From an uncultured Acidobacteriota bacterium (lineage in GTDB: Bacteria > Acidobacteriota > Vicinamibacteria > Vicinamibacterales > 2-12-FULL-66-21), in NCBI GenBank assembly GCA_963786195.1, contig CAWAYH010000009.1, positions 457,011 through 521,010 on the forward strand: a DNA stretch of 64,000 bases, written 5' to 3'. The position numbers and the translations under genes are program-made. Shown one piece after another: positions 19,961 through 30,923 of this stretch. Within the stretch, counting starts at the first letter, position 1. Each line of letters starts with the position of its first letter. The notes beneath the pieces were generated by a model. It had not been told where the DNA came from, did not search any database, and saw nothing but the letters and a program-made list of their open reading frames with translations.

Positions 19961-22384
19961 TCAAGTCCGCAGCGTCTCCATGGGCTCGGCACGAAGCGCG
20001 CGGCGGATGGGACCGGCCGATGCCAACCCGACGACGCCGGTGAGTGCGGCTGAGGTGGCGAGGAGGGTGATCGGGTCGAACGGCGAGATGCCGAAGAGGA
20101 CGCCCGAAAGCAGACGCCCGGCCGCCAGCGCCATGAGCGCGCCCGCGGCGGTCCCGAGCATCGCGGCACGCGCGGTCTCGGACGCCGCCGTCCAGATCAG
20201 CGATCGCGCCTGCGCGCCGAGCGCCAGCCGGATCGCCAGCTCTCGCAGACGCTCGGTGACGCCGCACGCCAGCACACCGTAGAGTCCGATGCCCGCGAGC
20301 GCCATGGCGAGTACGCCAAAGGCCGCGCCGAGCGCCGCAGCGGACCGATAGGGGTACAGCATCACGTCGAGATACCCGGCGAGCGTCCGCGCCTCGAAAA
20401 CGGCGACGTTCGGATCCATCTGCCGCACGAGCCGCCGCATCTCATCCACCACCCTGGCTGGATCACCGGTCGACCTCGCGACGATCCGCTGCAAGCTCGT
20501 GTACCCTGACTGCCACGGCAAGTAGACGAAGGGTTGCGGTGACTCCCCGAGGGACTGAACCTTCACATCCGCCGCGACGCCAACGACGACAGCAGACTGC
20601 GCGGCATCGAAACGAACGCGACGACCGATCGGGTCCGCGTCTGGCCAGTACTCTCTCGCCGCCGCCGCACTGACGATCGCGACCGCGGGCCGGCCGGGCT
20701 CGGAATCGGCCGGTTCGAACGCGCGTCCAAGTAGCACTGGAATCCCCAGCGCGGCCAGATAGTCATCTCCGATCCGCGCGACCTGTACCGATCGCCCTTG
20801 CGCCTCGTCGTCGATGGAGACCGTCGCGGACTGATTGCCGTAGAGGTCGAGCGGAAGCCGGCTCGTCGGCGCAGCGACGGTCGCCGTGCCGTTCTGTTCG
20901 AGCGTACGGATGAAGTCCTGATAGAAGCGCACGGCCCGCGCCTCGTCATAGCCGCTCGACCCGAGATTGAGCGCGATGAACGCCGTGCGATGGGCGTCGA
21001 AGCCCGTCTCGACCGCGTCGGCGCGGGCGAGGCTGCGCGCGAGCAGTCCGGCGGCGGTGACCAGCGCCACACCAATCGCGATCTGCGGAACGAGGATAGC
21101 CTCGCGAAGCCCGAAGAGTCTGCGCCTGCCGCGCGACGCGCCAGCCAGCATGGAGCCTTCAGCGGGGGTACGCGAAGAGCGGACCGCGGGCACGATCGCA
21201 AACAGCACGGTCGCAAGCGCGGTGACCGCGATCGTGAAAATCGTCACGCGCAGGTCGACGGCCGGCTCGATGGAAATCGGCACGGGCAGGTCGGGTCGCC
21301 AGGAGGCGAGCAGCGAGGCGCACCACCGCGCGATCACGAGGCCGCCGATTCCGCCGAACAGCGAGAGCACCGCGCCCTCGACGAGCAGTTGCCGGATCAC
21401 GTCCGCGCGTCGTGCTCCGATGGCCAGCCGGATCGCCATTTCACGCCGCCGCGCCAGCCCGCGCGCCAGCATGACGCCCGCAACGTTTGCGCAGGCGACG
21501 ACGAGCACGAGCGCCGAGCCGCTCATGACGACCGCCGCCACCGCGAAGACCGCGCGATCGCCGTCCGGATGAACGATGACGTCCGAGGTTGGAACGATCT
21601 TGAGGCTGCGGCCCGTGTTCGTGTCCGGGTAGTCGCGCTGGAGGCGCGCCGCGATGACGCCCGTTGCGGCTCGAGCCTCCGCGGGCGTGGCGTCAGGCTT
21701 CAACTTCCCCTTCACGAACATCCAGCGCTCGCCGCGATTCGCACGCTGATCGGTCCGCAACGCTCCCATCATCGACACCGGGATCCACACGTCGGCGGAC
21801 ACCGCGCGGAACAGCAGGCCAGGGAAGCCGGCGGGAGCCACGCCCACGATCGTGTACGGACGGCCGTTGACCGGAAGGGCCGCTCCGATTGCGGCTGGAT
21901 CCGCGTTGAATCGCCGGCGCCAGTAGCGATCGCTGATGACGACCACCGGCTCCCGGGCGGACGTGAAGGGTGACGCGGGACTGAAGTCCCGCGCTCCCTG
22001 CAGGCGCACGCCCAGCAGCGAAAAGTAGTTGGGCGTCACGAGCTCGCCGAACACGATCTCGCTGGCGCGTCCGCCGGTGATCGTGGCCATCAGGCCGCTG
22101 TAGCCCAGCGCGTCCTCGAGTACACCCGTGCGTCCGGCCACCAGATCCTCGTAGTCCGGAAACGAGAGGCCGTTGAAGCCGGAACCATCGGCGGCGGAGG
22201 TATAGATGTTGACGAATCGATCGGCGTCGCGAATCGGCAGCGGCGAGAGCAGCGCTGCATTGATCAAGGTGAACAGCGTGCCGTTGGCGCCGATCGCGAG
22301 CGCGAGGGTGAGGATGATGGCGGCGCTCGATCCAGGCTTCAGGCGGATCAGACGCAGCGCGTGAAGGACGTGGCTCAGAGCCAT
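19961..22384 (-). CDS. ADOP-family (MacB-like, FtsX-domain) ABC transporter permease, intact 807 aa
   Basis: N-terminal MALSHVLHALRLIRLKPGSSAAIILTLALAIGANGTLFTLINA. Two FtsX domains (...ACANVAGVMLARGLARRREMAIRLAIGA... and ...TERLRELAIRLALGA...) separated by MacB-type periplasmic domains. Confidence 0.85.
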   Translation of the reverse strand: MALSHVLHALRLIRLKPGSSAAIILTLALAIGANGTLFTLINAALLSPLPIRDADRFVNIYTSAADGSGFNGLSFPDYEDLVAGRTGVLEDALGYSGLMATITGGRASEIVFGELVTPNYFSLLGVRLQGARDFSPASPFTSAREPVVVISDRYWRRRFNADPAAIGAALPVNGRPYTIVGVAPAGFPGLLFRAVSADVWIPVSMMGALRTDQRANRGERWMFVKGKLKPDATPAEARAATGVIAARLQRDYPDTNTGRSLKIVPTSDVIVHPDGDRAVFAVAAVVMSGSALVLVVACANVAGVMLARGLARRREMAIRLAIGARRADVIRQLLVEGAVLSLFGGIGGLVIARWCASLLASWRPDLPVPISIEPAVDLRVTIFTIAVTALATVLFAIVPAVRSSRTPAEGSMLAGASRGRRRLFGLREAILVPQIAIGVALVTAAGLLARSLARADAVETGFDAHRTAFIALNLGSSGYDEARAVRFYQDFIRTLEQNGTATVAAPTSRLPLDLYGNQSATVSIDDEAQGRSVQVARIGDDYLAALGIPVLLGRAFEPADSEPGRPAVAIVSAAAAREYWPDADPIGRRVRFDAAQSAVVVGVAADVKVQSLGESPQPFVYLPWQSGYTSLQRIVARSTGDPARVVDEMRRLVRQMDPNVAVFEARTLAGYLDVMLYPYRSAAALGAAFGVLAMALAGIGLYGVLACGVTERLRELAIRLALGAQARSLIWTAASETARAAMLGTAAGALMALAAGRLLSGVLFGISPFDPITLLATSAALTGVVGLASAGPIRRALRAEPMETLRT

Positions 22385-22416
22385 GCGGCCCTATACGGCC
22401 GAAAGCCGCTGCGCGT

Positions 22417-23073
22417 TCAATCGGATACGGCGAGCTCTCCGGGAACGATGGGACGGGTGCGGGGCAGGAGCCCACGGCGGGCCATGTTGCCGACGTAGAC
22501 CAGGATGCCGACGAAGACGGCCAGCTTGATCGCGTCGGACGCCGGCGTCTGAGGCAGGACTTTCCAGAGCACGCCGATGACCGGCTGCGCGATGCAGACC
22601 GCCCAGACCGAGCCGTAGAAATAGCGGCGTTCGTGCCCTTCGTTCTGGGTGGACGGCCTGACGCGCGGCAGCAGCCCGATCGCGCCGAGCAGCCCAGACG
22701 CCGACGACGATCGGAAAGTACGCGGCGTCGTAGATCTGGCGGAGTCGCCACTCGCCCGTCGCGAGCGCCATGCACCAGGCCGGCGATGTTCGATCACGGC
22801 GAAGGCAATCACCTCGCTCCACGCGAGCGTGTAGCAGACGCGGCGGTAGAGCGGGTTCGGCCGATCTTCGGTGAAGCGGATGATGTAGGGCCGCGGCTCG
22901 ACGCCCGGCAGGCGCCCGCGCAGCCCGGCGATGCCCGTGCCCAGGAGCATGACCGCGCCGAGCCAGAGCGCCATGCGCGGGTCGAAGCCGCGCTCGAACA
23001 GATCGAACGTCAGCGGACCGGGCGCGATGAAGAACACCCAGATCCAGATCGGCCAGTGCGCGAGCCGGTACAA
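22417..23073 (-). CDS. Hypothetical integral membrane protein (2 internal frameshifts)
   Basis: MYRLAHWPIWIWVFFIAPGPLTFDLFERGFDPRMALWLGAVMLLG...; C-terminal RYFYGSVWAVCIAQPVIGVLWKVLPQTPASDAIKLAVFVGILVYVG. The middle segment is in another frame (..LRQIYDAAYFPIVVGVWAA..). Confidence 0.4.
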   Translation of the reverse strand: MYRLAHWPIWIWVFFIAPGPLTFDLFERGFDPRMALWLGAVMLLGTGIAGLRGRLPGVEPRPYIIRFTEDRPNPLYRRVCYTLAWSEVIAFAVIEHRRPGAWRSRRASGDSARSTTPRTFRSSSASGLLGAIGLLPRVRPSTQNEGHERRYFYGSVWAVCIAQPVIGVLWKVLPQTPASDAIKLAVFVGILVYVGNMARRGLLPRTRPIVPGELAVSD

Positions 23074-23271
23074 GGTGTTGTTGCGCTCGCGGATCGGACG
23101 ATCGCTCGCGAGCTCGATCCACTTCGGCCTGCCCGAGCTGACGTCTGTATGAAGGAGGAAGTAGCGGAAAGGTCAACGGTGGGCGAGCGCTCCGGTCTTC
23201 AACTCTAGCACGGGGCCGACTCCTCCGCGGAACCGGGGCCGCGGCCGCCATCGTATACAAGCACAACATCC

Positions 23272-25770
23272 ATGGACACTCTCAGGCAGGACATCCGGCA
23301 CGGCCTTCGTGCGCTCCGCAAGAGCCCGGCCTTCACCCTCACGGTCGTCCTGACGCTCGGCCTGGGCATCGGCGCCAACGCCGCGGTCTTCAGCATCGTC
23401 AACACGCTGCTGCTGCGGCCGCTGCCGGTCTCCGACCCCGACCAATCTCTACGTGCTCGCGTCACGCACCAGGACAACGAGCAGCCGCACCGGTCTCGTG
23501 GACCGACTTCGTCGACTACCGGGACCGCACCGGTCTGTTCTCCGATCTCTGGCCGCCTACGCCATCGGCTTCGCGGGTCTCAGCGCCGACAACCGCGCCG
23601 ACCGCATCAGCCGTCGCGTACGTCACCGGCAACTATTCTTCTCGATGCTCGGGATTACGCCGGCGCTCGGCCGCCTGATTCAGCCCGGCGGAAGGCGACG
23701 ACGTTCGGCGCGGACCCGATTGTCGTCCTCGGACACTCGTACTGGAAGAAGCGCTTCAACGGCGATCCGTCGGTCGTCGGACGCACGGTGCTGGTCAACG
23801 GCCAGCCGTTCACCGTCGCGGGCGTCGTTCCCGAAGCGTTTCTACGGCGTCTACGCGCTCGTCGAGTTCGACGCGTACCTGCCGCTCGGGATGATCTTCC
23901 GCGAGTCGGCGTACAAGGAAATGATCGAGCGGCGCGACAACCACGAGCTGCGCGTGATCGGCCGGCTGAAGCCGGCCGTTTCGCTGGCGCAGGCGCAGGC
24001 GGCGCTCGACGTGCTCGCGCGGTCAGCTCGAGCAGCAGTATCCGGACACGAACAAGACCGTGCGCGCACGCGTCTGATCCCGGAGACGTCTCGCGCGCCC
24101 GGAGCCGAACACCGCGGACAGCAACCCGTTCGTCGCGGGGGTGTTCCTGCTGCTCGTCGGGCTCGTGCTGCTCGTGGCCTGCGTGAACGTCGTCAACCTG
24201 CTGCATGGTCCGCGCGACGGTGCGGCAGCGCGAGCTGGCGCGTGCGCGCCGCGCTCGGCGCGGGCCGGCGCCGGCTCGTGCGGCAGATGCTGACGGAGAG
24301 CCTGCTGCTGGCACGTCGCGGGCGGCCTGGCCGGCGCGGTCATCGGCCGCTGGACTGAGCGGCCTGCTCGCGCGGATCAAGCTGCCGGCCGATCTCCCGA
24401 TCCGCTTCGATCTCGCCGTTCGACTGGCGCGTGTTCGCGTACATCGCGGTGGTCGCGCTCGGCACGGGGCTCGTCGGTCGGCCTGCTGCCGGCGTTGCGC
24501 GCGTCGCGCACGGACCTGAACGAGGTCCTGCGCGAAGGCGGACGCAGCATGGCGGACGGCAGCGAGCCGTCAGCGCCTGCGCAAGCGCGCTCGTCGTCGC
24601 CCAGGTCGCGGTGTCGCTCGTGCTCCTGGTCGCCGCCGGGCCTCTTCGTGCGCAGCGTCCAGCGCGCGCAGTCGATCGATCTCGGGCTTCGACTCCCCAG
24701 CACGTGCTGAACCTCGTCGATGGACGTCTCGCAGCAGGGGTTCGACGAGGCGCGCGGCCGCGCGTTCTATCGGGAGGTCGAGGCGCGCGTCCGGCCGCTC
24801 CCCGGCGTCGAGTCGGTCAGCTACGCGTATTCGGTCCCGTTCGGCTACTACAACTCGAGCGAGAACGTCGAGGTCGAAGAGCATCCGGTGCCGAAGGACC
24901 AGCGGCCAAGCCGAGCGGCCGGCTACAACGTCGTCGGGACCCGACTACTTCCGCACCATGAAGATGCGCGATCGTCCGCGGCCGCGCGTTCACTCCCCGA
25001 AGACGACGAACGGCGCGCTGCGCCGTCGCGATCATCAACGAGCTCATGGCCGACCGGTTCTGGCCGGGGCAGGATCCGATCGGCAAGCGATTCCGCACGA
25101 CAGGCCAACACCACGCAGTGGCTCGAGGTCGTCGGCGTGTCGGGACCGGGCAAGTACAACTACATCTTCGAGGATCCCGGGCGCCTACTTCTTCATCGCC
25201 GATCGCACAGCACGTACCGCGCGCTGCGCGTGCTGCAGCTCCGCACGGCCGGCGCGCCCGAGGCGCTCGCGCCGCGCGGCGCAGCGGGAGATCCGGGCGC
25301 TCAATCCGGATCTGCCGGTGTACGACGTGCGGTCCATGGAGCGAGATGCTTCGAGGGCCGCAACGGGTTCTTCCTGCTGAAAATGGGCGCGCTCTTCGGC
25401 GGCGGCCTCGGCGTGCTCGGCCTGGTGCTGGCGCTCGTCGGCATCTACGGCGTCGTCTCGTACACGGCGAGTCCAGCGAACGCAGGAGATCGGCGTCCGC
25501 ATGGCGCTCGGCGCCCAGCCGCGCGACATCCTGCGCCTCGTCGTCGGCCAGGGGCTCGCGCTCGTCGGCGGCGGCATCGCCCTCGGCCTCTGCGCGGCAT
25601 TCGGCATCTCGCGGCTGCTGGCCAACCTGCTGTTCGGCGATCTCCTCGACCGATCCCGCTGACCTTCGTGCCGCGTCCCGCTGATCCTCGGGTCGATGGC
25701 GCTGCTCGCGTCCTACCTCCCGGCGCTCCGCGCGACGCGCATCGATCCGATGCTGGCCCTGAGGGAGTAA
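23272..25770 (+). pseudogene. ADOP-family FtsX permease paralog, broken by many frameshifts (pseudogene or error-laden region)
   Basis: Recognisable pieces in all three + frames: MDTLRQDIRHGLRALRKSPAFTLTVVLTLGLGIGANAAVFSIVNTLLLRPLPV; FGADPIVVLGHSYWKKRFNGDPSVVGRTVLVNGQPFTVAGVVPEAF; FYGVYALVEFDAYLPLGMIFRE...; VRQMLTESLLLA; [27 protein letters not shown]; ends ..[14 protein letters not shown]. Confidence 0.6.
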
Positions 25771-25850
25771 CGCGGCCAGCCGACCGCTTCCAGACCGCCC
25801 GGGTGACTGTAGTATGCTCTCCCCCGCATGTCTGCCAAGAGAGCGAGTCG

Positions 25851-27600
25851 GTGACGCCGCGCCATGACGTCGTCCTGGTCGGCGGCGGCGGCGCGGGTCT
25901 GCGCGCGGCCATCGCCATCGCGGAGACCAATCCCCGGCTGAGCGTCGCGGTCGTCTCCAAGGTCTACCCGATGCGCAGCCACACCGTCTCCGCCGAGGGC
26001 GGCGCCGCGGGCGTGGCGCGCGCGGACGACAGCCTCGACGAGCACGCCTACGACACCATCTCCGGCGGCGACTGGCTGGCGATCAGGACGCCGTCGAGGC
26101 CTTCGTCAAGGAAGCGCCCGAGGAGCTGCTGCGGCTGGAGCACTGGGGCTGCCCGTGGAGCCGCGAGCCCGACGGCCGCATCGCCGTGCGGCCGTTCGGC
26201 GGCATGAAGAAGATGCGCACGTGGTTCGCCGCCGACAAGACCGGCTTCCACATGCTCCACACGCTGTTCCAGACCTCGCTCAAGTACACGCAGCGTCACC
26301 CGCTACGACGAGTGGTTCGTCACGAAGCTGCTGGTCGACGACGGCCGCGTGCAGGGCGTCGTCGCGATCGAGCTGATGTCGGGCAAGGTCGAGGCGATCA
26401 CGGCCAAGGCGGTCATCCTGTGCACCGGCGGCTGCGGCCGCGTCTTTCCGTTCACGACCAACGCGAACATCAAGACCGGCGACGGCATGGCGCTGGCCTA
26501 CCGCGCCGGCGCGCCGCTCAAGGACATGGAGTTCGTCCAGTACCACCCGACCGGCCTGCCGTTCACCGGCATCCTGATCACCGAGGCGGCGCGCGCCGAG
26601 GGCGGCTACCTGATCAACAAGGACGGCTACCGCTACCTGCAGGACTACGACCTCGGCAAGCCGGAGCCGAAGCCGGTGCTCCGCAGCATGGAGCTCGGGC
26701 CGCGCGATCGGCTGTCGCAGGCGTTCGTGCAGGAGCTGGAGAAGGGCCGCACGATCGACACGCCCGTACGGCCCGGTCGTCCACCTCGACCTGCGGCACC
26801 TGGGCGAGAAGGTGATCAACACGAAGCTCCCGTTCGTGCGCGAGCTGTGCCTGAAGTACGCAGAACATCGATCCGGTCACGGAGCTGATCCCGGTGCGGC
26901 CGGTGGTGCACTACATGATGGGCGGCGTGCACACCGACATCAACGGCGCGACGCCGCTGGCCGGCCTGTACGCCGCCGGCGAAGTGCGCCTGCGTGAGCA
27001 TCAACGGCGCCAACCGGCTGGGCTCGAACTCGCTGCCGGAGCTGCTGGTCTTCGGCGCGCGCGCGGGCATGCGTCGCCGCCGAGTTCGCCTCGACGCACG
27101 GCAGGACGTCAGCCCGGCGATCGCTGGCGCAGGCCGAGGACGAAGAGCGACGTCTGGAGCAGGCTGTTCCAGCCGCAAGACGGCAGCGGCGAGCGCATCG
27201 CGACGCTCCGCGAGCGAGATGCAGAAGACGATGGAGGAGGGCGCCGGGCATCTACCGCACCGGGCGCGTCGCTCGCGCAAGCCGCCGACGAAGCTGCGCG
27301 AGCTGCAGGAGCGCTTCGGCCGACGTCGCCCTCGACGACCACAGCCGCACGTTCAACACCGAGCGCGTCGCCGCGCTCGAGCTGTCGTTCATGCTCGACG
27401 TGGCCGAGAGCGATCGTCGACAGCGCGCTGCAGCGCGAGGAGTCGCGCGGCGCGCACCAGCGCACCGATTTCCCGACGCGCGACGACGCAGCGCTTCCTT
27501 GCCGCATTCGCTGGTCTCACCGCAACGCCGACGGCTCGTGCCGGGTCGAGTACCTGCCGGTGACGATCACCCGCTGGCCGCCCGGCCGAGCGGGTCTACG
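25851..27600 (+). CDS. frdA: Fumarate reductase / succinate dehydrogenase flavoprotein subunit, frameshifted
   Basis: GTG start [22 protein letters not shown] (FAD dinucleotide fold). Further pieces: ..[10 protein letters not shown].. (His FAD attachment), [53 protein letters not shown]. Pieces sit in 3 frames. Confidence 0.7.
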
Positions 27601-27614
27601 GGAGGTAGGACTCG

Positions 27615-28340
27615 CATGGCGGACCGGCATCACGCTGCAGGTCGCGCGCTACCGCCCGGAGAGCGAGACGGCGCGCCGACGTTCCAGGAGTACGAGGTGC
27701 CGCTGCCGCAAGGACTGGGTCGTCCTCGACGCGCTGAACTACATCAAGGACCAGCTCGACGGCACGCTGTCGTTCCGCTGGTCGTGCCGCATGGGCATCT
27801 GCGGCAGCTGCGGCATGACCGTCAACGGCGAGCCGAAGCTGACCTGCGCCACCTTCCTGCACCGACTACGCGCCGGGGCCGGTCCGCGTCGAGCCGCTGC
27901 GCAACTTCCCGGTCATCCGCGATCTCGTCGTCGAGATCGGCGACTTCATGCGGAAGCTGACGCAGCGTCAAGCCGTGGATCATCCGCAAGCGAGGAGAAG
28001 CCGCTCTCCGAGGGCGAGTACCTGCAGACGCCGGAGGAGCTGGACGAGTACAAGCAGTTCAGCATGTGCATCAACTGCATGCTCTGCTACGCGGCCTGCC
28101 CGGTCTACGGGCTCGACCCGAAGTTCCTCGGCCCGGCGGCGATCGCCCTGGCGCAGCGCTACAACCTCGACTCGCGCGACGAGGGCGCGCGACGAGCGGC
28201 ATGGAGGTCCTCTCCGAGCACGAGGGCATCTGGGGCTGCACCTTCGTCGGCGAGTGCACCAAGGTCTGCCCGAAGCACGTCGATCCGGCCGGCGCCATCC
28301 AGCGCTACAAGCTGAAGGCCGCGGCCTGCGACTGGTGTCA
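27615..28340 (+). CDS. frdB: Fumarate reductase iron-sulfur subunit, frameshifted
   Basis: ..[68 protein letters not shown] (2Fe-2S), [12 protein letters not shown] and [17 protein letters not shown] (4Fe-4S / 3Fe-4S Cys clusters). Confidence 0.7.
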
Positions 28341-28369
28341 AGTCGTTCCTCATGCCGCGGGGCGGCGCG

Positions 28370-28800
28370 ATGAGCCACGAGCGCCGGCTACACCGAGTAC
28401 CACCCGCGCTGGTACCGGCCGCGCATGTCCACCTACTGGTGGCTGCGCACGCTGGTCGTACCTGCGTTCATCCTGCGCGAGCTGAGCAGCGTCTTCGTCG
28501 CCTGGTTCGTCGTGTTCCTGCTGCTGCTGGTCCGCGCCGTGGCGCAGGGCGACGGCGGCGTACCACGGCTTCCTGCGACTGGTCCGGCAACCCGCTGCGT
28601 GCTCGCTGCTCAACGTCGTCAGCCTGCTCTTCGTCGTCTTCCACGCGGTCACCTGGTTCAACCTGGCGCCGAAGGCGATGGTGGTGCAGGTGGGCGGCAA
28701 GCGCGTGCCCGGCCGTGCTGCATCGCGGCGTCGCAACTATCGCGGCCTGGGTCGTCGTGTCGGCGCTGTCGTCGCCTGGCTCCTGCCTGGGCGGACTGAT
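28370..28800 (+). CDS. frdC: Fumarate reductase membrane anchor subunit C, frameshifted
   Basis: ..[45 protein letters not shown].. resembles E. coli FrdC ([33 protein letters not shown]). Confidence 0.55.
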
Positions 28801-29158
28801 GGCCGAAAGCGACCGCATCGAGCCGCTCCTGTGGCTGCTGTTCAGCGCCGGCGGCGTGGTGGCGGCGCTGCTGCTCCCGGTCGCTGCTGTCTTCCTGTTC
28901 GGCGCTGGCGTTCCCGCTCGGCTGGCTCTCGCCGCCCAGCTACGAGCACCTGCTCGCCGTGCTGCGCCATCCCGCTCACCCGCGCTGGCGCTGTTCGTCC
29001 TCTGCGTGCTGTCGCTGTTCCACTGGGCGCACCGCTTCCGCTACACGCTCTACGACGGGCTGCAGATCAAGCACCTCAACGAGATGATCAACGCCGTCTG
29101 CTACGGCGGCGCGATCGTCGGCTCGCTGGTGGCCGCCTACCTGCTGCTGACGCTGTAG
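28799..29158 (+). CDS. frdD: Fumarate reductase membrane anchor subunit D, frameshifted
   Basis: [35 protein letters not shown]... and C-terminal LFHWAHRFRYTLYDGLQIKHLNEMINAVCYGGAIVGSLVAAYLLLTL* resemble E. coli FrdD ([27 protein letters not shown]). Confidence 0.55.
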   Translation: MAESDRIEPLLWLLFSAGGVVAALLLPVAAVFLFGAGVPARLALAAQLRAPARRAAPSRSPALALFVLCVLSLFHWAHRFRYTLYDGLQIKHLNEMINAVCYGGAIVGSLVAAYLLLTL

Positions 29159-29210
29159 GGGTCAGATCTCTGCATTTCAACATTATGTTGAAATACAAGA
29201 TCTGACCCCT
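29157..29210. terminator. AT-rich 54-bp near-perfect palindrome between convergent frdD and glycoside hydrolase genes; bidirectional terminator or protein-binding palindrome
   Basis: aggggtcagatct-ctgc-atttcaacat-t-atgttgaaat-acaa-gatctgacccct. Arms of 13 bp and 10 bp with a 4-nt bubble. The core ATTTCAACAT-T-ATGTTGAAAT is a perfect 21-bp palindrome. Local A+T is far above background. Confidence 0.5.
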
Positions 29211-29211
29211 T

Positions 29212-30923
29212 ACTTACCGCACGACGCGGAGGTTGGTGGGCGGCGCGGGCGGCGCCGCACTTCCGCTCGCGGCGATCACGAACAGCGTGATGCTCTGCGC
29301 CGGCAGCGTGGCCGTCGAGGCTCGTGCCGGTGACACGTGAGATTCGGTCAGGCGGGTGATGGTATTCGCTGACGGTCAGCTGCCAGACCTGCGCCGTGCC
29401 GCGGTGCGCGAAGTTGGCGAGGTTGATCGTCACCGGCGTCGTTCCCGACAGGTACTTGCTGATGACCATCACCGTCAGCGCGCCGTCGGACGAACGCTGG
29501 GCGGCAAACGCCGCGACGTTGTCCGGATTGGCGGCCGCGGCGCCGCCACGCTGGTGTCGCCGAACGTCGACTTGTTGCCGTCGTAGTTGCGATACATCTT
29601 CATCGCCTTGTAGGTCGGCGTCGATGCGTCGCGGGCGTCGTCCAGCGCGCGCGCCATGTCCAGCCCTTCGCGGCCGAAGATGCCGTAGATGTCCGCCTGC
29701 GTCGTCGCGCCGTTGATGTGGCTCTCGGCGCCCCAGTTGTATTCGGTGATGCCGATCTGCGTGTCCGGGATAGTAAGTGTTGACCCAGTTCCTGCAGGCG
29801 CGGAATCAGCTGCACGCGGTCGTTGATCCAGGTCTCGTCCACGTAGTTCGGGTCCCACAGCGAGCGCGTCGAGCGGTTGCGCCGCAGCTGCATGGCGCTC
29901 GAGACGTCGTCGCTGAATTCGCCGCCCTGCGGATAGTAGTGGACGGTGAAGACGTCGAGCAGCCGCTGGCCGGTTGCGGTGTTGTTCTGGCGCAGCTGGT
30001 CGAGCAGCCAGGGCAGGTAGTCCGCGCCTGCCGTGATTGTTGCGATCGGGGAGGAAGCCCCAGCCGTTGATGCTCCCGTACTGCTGGTCGTAAGCCGCTG
30101 AAGAGGTAGCCGCTCCAGCCCCACTCCTCCGGCCCGACGACGAGCGCCGACGGATCGACGGCCTTGATCTTCGCGCGCGTAGTCGAGCATCTTGTTCCGG
30201 ATCTCCTCCATCGTCGCGCCCGTCGGATGCACGTCGCGATGCGTGGAGTGCCAGATGCTCGGCTCGTTGTCGAGGATGTAGTAGCGCACGCCGCCGTTCG
30301 CGTCGTGCCCCACCGGTTGACCAGGTGCTGCACCCAGCCCTGCTGGAACGTCGAGTTGGACGGCACGTTGGCGTCGTTCGGATCGTTGCCGGTGACGAAC
30401 TGGCCGTTGGTCCGCACGCCGTTGCCCGCGTCCGGGAACCACTGCCAGTCGTTGCCGGTCTGCGCGCCCGTACTTGGCGATCGAGAAACTCGCCAGCTTG
30501 CTGCGGTTCGGCCCGAGCTTCGCCACCCAGTCGATCATCGGAATGGTCAGCATCGCGCTGGCGCCTGCCGCACGGGCGTTCGAGATGAACGTGTCGCCGC
30601 GCTCACCGGGCGTCGCGCTGGCATCGGCGATGCTCTCGAAGTACCAGTCGTTGCCGCGATTGTCGGCGTTCAGCTGCCAGTTGTAGCGGCGTCGTGTTGT
30701 TGCCGCCGTTGCGGTTGAGCGGGGTGTTCAGATCGTTCAACTGCGCGGTCGTCGCGTGCGCAACGCCGTAGACGTTCGGATCGATCGGATGACGATTGGC
30801 GCTGACGTCGACGGTGACCGTGGCAGCAGGATTCTGCGCGAGAGCAGGCGTCGACGACACGACGAGCGAGGCGACTATGAAGACGGTGAGAGTTGCGCGC
30901 CGGCGAGAGAGCAGTATCGTCAT
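29212..30923 (-). CDS. Secreted glycoside hydrolase, GH44-like, frameshifted
   Basis: Signal peptide MTILLSRRRATLTVFIVASLVVSSTPALAQ. Further pieces: ..NRNGGNNTTRYNWQLNADNRGNDWYFESIAD..MLTIPMIDWVAKLG.., ..YYILDNEPSIWHSTHRDVHPTGATMEEI.., ..NDPNDANVPSNSTFQQGWVQHLV.., ..ITEYNWGAESHINGATTQADIYGIFGREGLDMARALD... Pieces sit in three frames. The family call is from memory of GH44 catalytic-domain motifs. Confidence 0.5.
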
